48,668 nt of DNA from a virus (Duplodnaviria > Caudoviricetes): the IMG/VR virus record IMGVR_UViG_3300037467_002484, positions 1 through 48,668 of that record; one strand, 5' to 3'. Position numbers and translations under genes: made by a program. The notes under the pieces are model-generated. The model ran no database searches. It was not told where the DNA came from and saw only the letters and a list, made by a program, of their open reading frames with translations. Shown here piece by piece: positions 43,364-48,668 of this stretch; position 1 is the first letter of the stretch, and every line of letters begins with the position of its first letter.

Positions 43364-45253
43364 ATGAAAGCTATCAACATACCCACTCTGCAGCCGGTTC
43401 CGTTCGCCACCAACGCGGCGTCGGGCAACAAGCGCTCGATCCCGGCGACCCAGCCGGCCGGCAGCCCGGGAGCCGCGTCCTACGACATCGGCTTCCCTCC
43501 GGAGACGATGCAGCCCATCGCCTCTGGCGGCACTCCGCCCTACGGACAGGACTTCAACGGTCTGTTCTTCGACGTTACCAACGAGCTTCGCTGGGCACAG
43601 GCGGGCGGTACGTACGTCTACAACAGCGCGTTTTCCGCGTCCATCGGCGGCTACCCGGCCGGAGCGGTGCTCAAGAGTGCCTCATCTAACGTGCTGTGGA
43701 TCAACACGACCGACGACAACACGACGGATCCGGACAGCTCTGGTGCCGCGGGGTGGATTGCCTTTCGATCGAACTCGGGTAGTGCATCGCTGGCTGTCGT
43801 TTCGGGTGACATCACGCCGAGCAAGCTCCAGCTCGGCAGCTCGCTCATCTCAATCACCGGAGACGCCACCGGGTTGACCTCGACGCTGCGCCTGCCGTTG
43901 ACCGCAGGCGCCTCGTACCTTGTCAACAACGCCACGACGGGCAGCAGCGCCACGCTCAACGTACAGGGCGCGACGGGCGCAGGTATCACCATCGCTCAGG
44001 GTCAGGCCGCCGTTGTTTTCACGGACGGTACGAACTACTACACGGCCGGCTCCAGCGGCGCGGGCCAGTACCTGCCGATCAACGGTACGGCTGTCGCTGC
44101 GACCAAGCTGGCCACTGCGCGTACGTTCAACTTGTCTGGCGTCATCACTACCGCAGCTGTCAACTTCGACGGCACGGGCAACGTTACGCTCACCACGGCC
44201 ATCGCCGACGGTACGCTGTCCATTGCCAAGACGAACGGACTACAGACGGCGCTGGACGGAAAGCTAGGGCTGGGTGGCGGAACTTTGACTGGCTCTCTGG
44301 CCATCAATGCCAATGGGAACCAGTTGATCCTGAACAAGTCCGCGTCGGGCCAGGTCAGTAACATCGCCTCGCAGACGGCGGGCTCATTTCGCTGGGTTTT
44401 GCAGCTGGGCGACAACAGTGCCGAATCGGGCGGTAACAATGGCTCGAACTTGGCCATTCAGAGGTATTCCGATACCGGAACCTACATTGACAGCCCGTTT
44501 TTTATCAATCGTGCAACCGGACAAGTCACGTTTTCCACGACTGTAAACGTCGGCCAAGGTCTTTTTTCCACGACCGCGGCCTTAGTTCTCGGCCCGAACG
44601 GCGCCGGCACTGTCTACATTCGACCCAACGGCTCAGCAAGCACCGCTGGGCAGGTTGTTCTCGCGAATACTGGCAGTCTTAGTTTGTCAGGAGCGGTGCA
44701 GGTACAAACGGGGGCCGTTGGCACGCAACAGATTCTGACCGTCTTTGGCTGGAACAACAATATCGGTCGAATCAAGGAAGTCATTGAGGCCGACGCCTCG
44801 TACTCCATTTACACGTATGACTCGGTTGGCGGTTCAGCGAACCAAGCGCTGAACTTGACCAATGCTGGCTCAATGACCATCCGCGGCAACTTCACCGCAG
44901 CGGGCACGGGCAACTTCCAGGGTTCCGATGCCAGGCTTAAGGAGAACGTCAGGGCCGTCGCGCCGCGTCCGCTGCACCGCCGCACCGGGTTCGTTAGCTA
45001 CATCCACAAGGACTCTGGCGCGCACGCCCGGGGCTCCATCGCGCAGTCCCTGCTGCTTGCAGGCGGCTCGGAGTACGTGAGCACCTTCCAGCACAAGGAC
45101 GGTGTTCGCTACAGCGTGAACTACGCAGGCGCCGCGTGGGAGCTCTCGCAGTGGGCGGCCAATGAAGTGGACAAGGTGCGCCGCCGAGCGTGCCTGGAGC
45201 GCTGGGTGCTGGGCGGTCTGCTGATCGCTGTCTTGCTGGCCAAGGTGCTCTGA
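43364..45253 (+). CDS. Tail fibre protein with C-terminal S74-type chaperone-like domain
   Basis: GFPP.TM.P...GG.PP.G.DFNG anchor; ATKLATAR fibre motif; SDARLKENV; hydrophobic C-terminus. Confidence 0.88.
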   Translation: MKAINIPTLQPVPFATNAASGNKRSIPATQPAGSPGAASYDIGFPPETMQPIASGGTPPYGQDFNGLFFDVTNELRWAQAGGTYVYNSAFSASIGGYPAGAVLKSASSNVLWINTTDDNTTDPDSSGAAGWIAFRSNSGSASLAVVSGDITPSKLQLGSSLISITGDATGLTSTLRLPLTAGASYLVNNATTGSSATLNVQGATGAGITIAQGQAAVVFTDGTNYYTAGSSGAGQYLPINGTAVAATKLATARTFNLSGVITTAAVNFDGTGNVTLTTAIADGTLSIAKTNGLQTALDGKLGLGGGTLTGSLAINANGNQLILNKSASGQVSNIASQTAGSFRWVLQLGDNSAESGGNNGSNLAIQRYSDTGTYIDSPFFINRATGQVTFSTTVNVGQGLFSTTAALVLGPNGAGTVYIRPNGSASTAGQVVLANTGSLSLSGAVQVQTGAVGTQQILTVFGWNNNIGRIKEVIEADASYSIYTYDSVGGSANQALNLTNAGSMTIRGNFTAAGTGNFQGSDARLKENVRAVAPRPLHRRTGFVSYIHKDSGAHARGSIAQSLLLAGGSEYVSTFQHKDGVRYSVNYAGAAWELSQWAANEVDKVRRRACLERWVLGGLLIAVLLAKVL

Positions 45254-45256
45254 GCC

Positions 45257-45904
45257 ATGACCTCACCTATTCAAAAGAACACTACGCCGCTTTCGTCCAT
45301 CTTCGATCCGTACGTAGCGGGCACGACGCAGGCAGCGGCTACGGGCATCCTAGAAAATGGGGTGGAGATTGCTACCAAGTACGCAAAATTATCCTATGGC
45401 AGCTCAGCCGCGGCCACGGGCATCACCACGGGTAGCGGGGCTAGCCTGAAGGACCTCAGCCAAATCTTCGCCGCTCTTGGAACCGCGCACTACCCGCTTG
45501 GATTCAATGGTGGCGTTTACGACACTTCTGCTAATCGAGGCAGCGCCGGCGTCTCGCTCACCATGAAGTCGGATGGCACATGGAGCATCAGCGCTGGCAC
45601 GGGTACGCCGACAAGCGGTACGTGGCTGCCCGCAGGCGACTCCGTCAGCAGCTACACGGTGATGTTCGCCATGAGCGGATTTTCCAGTGGCGCGGTTCCA
45701 GGCGGCGGCACGGCTTCGTACATCAATGGCGCCCCCACTCAGTCGGCCCTTACGACGAACCGGACGTGCAGCTGTACGGCATCCGCGACGACGGTGAACA
45801 CGAGCGCCAGCAACGGCGGCACGGTCACCGTGTATTTGTACAAGAGCGGGACGCTGGTGAGCACCTCGAGCTGCACCTTCGGTGCGGACGCCTCGGGCAA
45901 CTAA
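45257..45904 (+). CDS. Gly/Ser/Thr-rich tail-associated protein (candidate distal adhesin)
   Basis: Directly after the fibre; beta-rich G/S/T composition; last plus-strand gene. Confidence 0.7.
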   Translation: MTSPIQKNTTPLSSIFDPYVAGTTQAAATGILENGVEIATKYAKLSYGSSAAATGITTGSGASLKDLSQIFAALGTAHYPLGFNGGVYDTSANRGSAGVSLTMKSDGTWSISAGTGTPTSGTWLPAGDSVSSYTVMFAMSGFSSGAVPGGGTASYINGAPTQSALTTNRTCSCTASATTVNTSASNGGTVTVYLYKSGTLVSTSSCTFGADASGN

Positions 45905-46101
45905 TTTGTTTGAGACCCTATCACCTCCGCTCCAATCAGCGTCGTCCGGGTGTATCCAGACTCGCGGCAAACGCTGTTGGAGCGGAGAGCCTTCTCCAGG
46001 TCCGGTACATCCAGCTTCAGAGTCTCGTAGGTCTCTTCGCGAACGGGTTTACCGTCCAGACCACGGGACAGTTTGGTGCACTTCAGGATGAACCGGATCA
46101 T
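45901..46101 (-). CDS. Hypothetical protein
   Basis: GGGAG RBS; stop overlaps the convergent late gene stop. Confidence 0.6.
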   Translation of the reverse strand: MIRFILKCTKLSRGLDGKPVREETYETLKLDVPDLEKALRSNSVCRESGYTRTTLIGAEVIGSQTN

Positions 46102-46136
46102 GACACGTCACTCCCTGCTTCGTCGTAATCGCTCGA

Positions 46137-46271
46137 TCAGGACGTCGGGTTGTCCTGCTCGATGTACTTGCCTAGCGCCTCCTCGGCCCTGAGCGCCCGG
46201 TTCCTCCAGTACTCGAGGTCCCTGCAGACTTGAGCATACGCCTGACCATCCCAGGTCTCCCCGGGGCTCAT
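46137..46271 (-). CDS. Small hypothetical protein (44 aa, not in ORF track)
   Basis: ATGA overlap with upstream stop; MSPGETWDGQAYAQVCRDLEYWRNRALRAEEAL. Confidence 0.45.
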   Translation of the reverse strand: MSPGETWDGQAYAQVCRDLEYWRNRALRAEEALGKYIEQDNPTS

Positions 46272-46945
46272 TCCTGAGTCTCCGTGCAGGCTTGGTCAAA
46301 CGCCTCGTCGAAGCGCGCCTCGCTGATGTACTCGGGGTCTCCCAGGATCTCGCTGAACCGCTCCGGGAACGAGAAGTCCTGATGGTTGACGCAGGCCACG
46401 GCCGCCTTCCGGAAGCGGTTCCAACGGCCAGCATCTGCCACGGTCTCCTCCACCGGCGTGATGTTAGGCGGCGTGTAAAGCGACACTTCCCTGGCCTTCA
46501 CGTAGACCGGGCCGGGAGCGTTGAGTCCCTTGAGCTCTTGCCACTTCGTCCCGTACTGCTTGACATAGTAGGCCTCCTTGATCTCGGCGGCTCGAGCGTC
46601 GGCCTGTGCTTCTGTGGTACCCGGCGCACAGACCTCCTCCGGGTAGTCGTTGAACATGATGACGAAGATTTTCATGGTCAGTGCTCCCTGGGTATTCCTG
46701 GTGAGGGCGGCGGTGAGGGCACTGGCCCACGACTCGAACTCATCCTGGAAAGCGTCGCCGCCGTTCCTCGCCCTTTCTTCCAGATCCACGATTACGGAAT
46801 TGATCGCCCCCACATCCACCGCCTGCGCCGGCTGGGTGAGGTGGGCGTCGATCGTTTCAAGCCACCGTGTGCGGGTTTCGTTGTAGCCAAGCGCCGCAAT
46901 TTGCATACGCACTTGTTCAAGCGTGAGCATCTTCTCTCCCATCAC
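46268..46945 (-). CDS. Hypothetical early protein (possibly two fused modules; internal start 46675)
   Basis: AGGAG RBS and GTGA overlap; AGGGAG RBS before internal MKIFVIM; DA.RW..R motif. Confidence 0.65.
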   Translation of the reverse strand: MMGEKMLTLEQVRMQIAALGYNETRTRWLETIDAHLTQPAQAVDVGAINSVIVDLEERARNGGDAFQDEFESWASALTAALTRNTQGALTMKIFVIMFNDYPEEVCAPGTTEAQADARAAEIKEAYYVKQYGTKWQELKGLNAPGPVYVKAREVSLYTPPNITPVEETVADAGRWNRFRKAAVACVNHQDFSFPERFSEILGDPEYISEARFDEAFDQACTETQE

Positions 46946-47151
46946 GGCTTCTCCTTTGTCGGAAAGTCGGCAGCGGAACGGCATTTCTCGCACCAGCGCT
47001 CGTTGAGGTGCCCACGCGTTCCCCACGCTGAAAGCGGCACGCCAGTCCGCATGGTTCGAGCACCGCAAAGCGCCGTGGTGGAGTGCTCATCACGGCTCAA
47101 GTGATAGAACCATGTACCACTGATGCCCTCGGATACTTTCAAGTCGTTCAC
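46942..47151 (-). CDS. Small Cys-containing hypothetical protein
   Basis: GTG start, AGGAG RBS; ALCG and C..C. Confidence 0.65.
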   Translation of the reverse strand: MNDLKVSEGISGTWFYHLSRDEHSTTALCGARTMRTGVPLSAWGTRGHLNERWCEKCRSAADFPTKEKP

Positions 47152-47591
47152 GGCTTCTCCTGGGTGAACTTGGCGAGGGCGGCGCGCAGGCGTTCGGTGC
47201 CGATGCCCGTGTTCGGCTGCCGCCCGATGATTTCGATAACAGCGCGGTTCCAGTTTTCAGTGTTGTCGGCAATTTCAGTTGCCGCCTCCACCAACTCCCG
47301 CACCTCCACGGACAGGTCGGCGTGGGCGGCGTTAAAATCGTGCCGGCAGTTAAGGCAACGCTTTTCCGGGTCGCTGTTGCCACATCCGCCACACGGCGTG
47401 ATGTAGGCGCGGCGGTTGTACGCCTGAATCGCCTTGCTGCCCGTCAGGTTCGGGAGGAACGAAGTGACAGCGCCGCATCCGTCGCAGAGGATGAAGGTGA
47501 TGTTCTTCGCGCGAGGATCGGTCGGGTGATCCAACTGGACTTCCCCTCCGCAGAACGGGCACGGCTTAAGCTCAATCGTCATCGCCATCAC
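47148..47591 (-). CDS. Lar-family restriction alleviation domain protein
   Basis: LKPCPFCGG, I.CDGCGA, AI.AYNRRA; second C..C / C..C cluster. Confidence 0.78.
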   Translation of the reverse strand: MMAMTIELKPCPFCGGEVQLDHPTDPRAKNITFILCDGCGAVTSFLPNLTGSKAIQAYNRRAYITPCGGCGNSDPEKRCLNCRHDFNAAHADLSVEVRELVEAATEIADNTENWNRAVIEIIGRQPNTGIGTERLRAALAKFTQEKP

Positions 47592-47833
47592 TTGCGCTCC
47601 GTGGGGTGGGTGGATGCAGCCGCCAAGGTGGCAATGCGAGCCACAGTTGTTTCGCACGCCACTGACAGCGCGACAATCGTCTTGATCCGCAAGTTGATTT
47701 CCTTGCCATGCTCAATGCCGTGCAACTGCCCTTTGGAAATACCGGCCTTTGCGGCAAGGCCGCTAAGGGTCCACCGCTCACGCTTCCGGTAGGCTCGGAT
47801 GTATTCGCCTAGAGGGCCGACTGCCGGCTTCAT
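47588..47833 (-). CDS. XRE-family HTH regulator
   Basis: LGEYIRAYR...WTLSGLA.KAGISKGQL..IE.G. Confidence 0.82.
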   Translation of the reverse strand: MKPAVGPLGEYIRAYRKRERWTLSGLAAKAGISKGQLHGIEHGKEINLRIKTIVALSVACETTVARIATLAAASTHPTERK

Positions 47834-48561
47834 CACCCTTCCCCCTGCGGCGCGGACGGGGCGGCGGCGAGCAACGTGCGGTAATCCTGCTTCAACCGCT
47901 GGCCGGGGCCATCCCACCAGTGCAGCGGATACGCGGCTTTAAGCATGTCGTCGGTGGCTTCGACGGGAACTAGCTTCCACCCATCCGGCACGCCGACGGG
48001 CGCGGCGGGGTGTTCCGCAGGCTGGGCGGATAGGGCGGCTTTGAGGGCGGCGCGCGCCTTTTCTCGCCAGTGCTCGCGGGTCGGCTCGAACGGCTGCTGC
48101 TCCCACGAGTACATGCGCGCGTCCGGGTGCTCGGTGCGATACGCCTCGTACAACTCGCGCGCCTTCGCTTCGACCTCATCCACCCGCGCGGCTTGCTGGC
48201 GGAGGGCGGCGGCTTTCTGCTGCTCGATGTACCGCTCCAACATGCCACGCGGCCCGTGCGCATCCACGCCGGTTCCCATACGCGCGTAGTCGTCGAGACT
48301 ATCAAGCGCCTTAGCTGCTGCTTCATGGCTCACAATCTGCTCCGGCGAATAGCTCATTTCTCGGCCCTTGGCGAGTTGGGCGGCGGGTTCCCAGAACGGA
48401 CGGCGAAGGCGCTCGATGCTGATGCTCGGCCCATTGCCGTTTTTGCCGTAGTAGGCGCGACCGCTGTCCACGCGGGTAATCGTTACGATGCGACCGTGCA
48501 TGCGCTTGTCCAGATCGCGCCATTGCGAACCGACTTGCACACCCATCTGCTCACTCGACAT
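47833..48561 (-). CDS. Mosaic early protein with Ead/Eaa-like C-terminal motif
   Basis: VPDGWKLVPVEAT..M and Y...LAAAP typical of lambdoid early proteins; GGAG RBS. Confidence 0.7.
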   Translation of the reverse strand: MSSEQMGVQVGSQWRDLDKRMHGRIVTITRVDSGRAYYGKNGNGPSISIERLRRPFWEPAAQLAKGREMSYSPEQIVSHEAAAKALDSLDDYARMGTGVDAHGPRGMLERYIEQQKAAALRQQAARVDEVEAKARELYEAYRTEHPDARMYSWEQQPFEPTREHWREKARAALKAALSAQPAEHPAAPVGVPDGWKLVPVEATDDMLKAAYPLHWWDGPGQRLKQDYRTLLAAAPSAPQGEG

Positions 48562-48668
48562 GGCCGGCTCCTTGGGTGGAGGGTTCAGGCGATGCTTTGA
48601 GGGAAAGGCGGATCACTTCGCGGTCGCTTTCCTCAAGCTCGGCCTGCAACTTTTCGTAGACCGCCTTT
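48551..48668 (-). CDS. Hypothetical protein, C-terminal part (enters from window end)
   Basis: Open frame KAVYEKLQAELEESDREVIRL...GAGHVE-stop overlapping the next start. Confidence 0.6.
   Translation of the reverse strand, partial: KAVYEKLQAELEESDREVIRLSLKASPEPSTQGAGHVE

Noticed and set aside
47588-47833. XRE protein as a lysogeny repressor
   Set aside because: No integrase, ParA/B, S24 peptidase domain or divergent cro/operator layout; it is co-oriented within an early operon.
1-48668. Abundant GTCGAC/CTCGAG/GATC palindromes as evidence of restriction-proof modified DNA
   Set aside because: Explained equally well by GTC-GAC and CTC-GAG codon pairs in a GC-rich genome; needs a Markov-corrected count I cannot run.

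Overview
The window is most or all of a ~63% GC tailed-phage (myovirus) genome with two divergent arms separated by a ~600-bp AT-richer intergenic region (22820-23425). The left arm (minus strand, 1-22818) and the far right end (45901-48668) carry early, replication and nucleotide-metabolism genes: primase-helicase, family A DNA polymerase, SNF2 helicase, ATP-dependent ligase, nucleases, ThyX-like protein, J-domain protein, SutA-like protein, Lar and an XRE HTH. The plus arm (23426-45904) carries lysis, packaging, head, contractile tail, baseplate and fibre genes in a Bcep781/OP2/PB1-like arrangement. I saw no integrase, tRNA or CRISPR array. The most notable element is a five-gene cluster (465-4125): SAM methyltransferase, MazG-like NTP pyrophosphatase, a dNMP kinase fused to a UDG-superfamily domain, a thymidylate-synthase homologue with the dCMP-type Asp, and a dCMP-type deaminase. 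With a separate ThyX-like gene, this suggests a cytosine-modification pathway and/or a dCMP-methylation route to dTMP. Other signals are a long structured leader upstream of the primase, an ori-like inverted repeat, three TTTACA-17-TAnnnT promoters and a -1 frameshift in the tail chaperone. All family calls come from motif recognition by eye; no database search was run.
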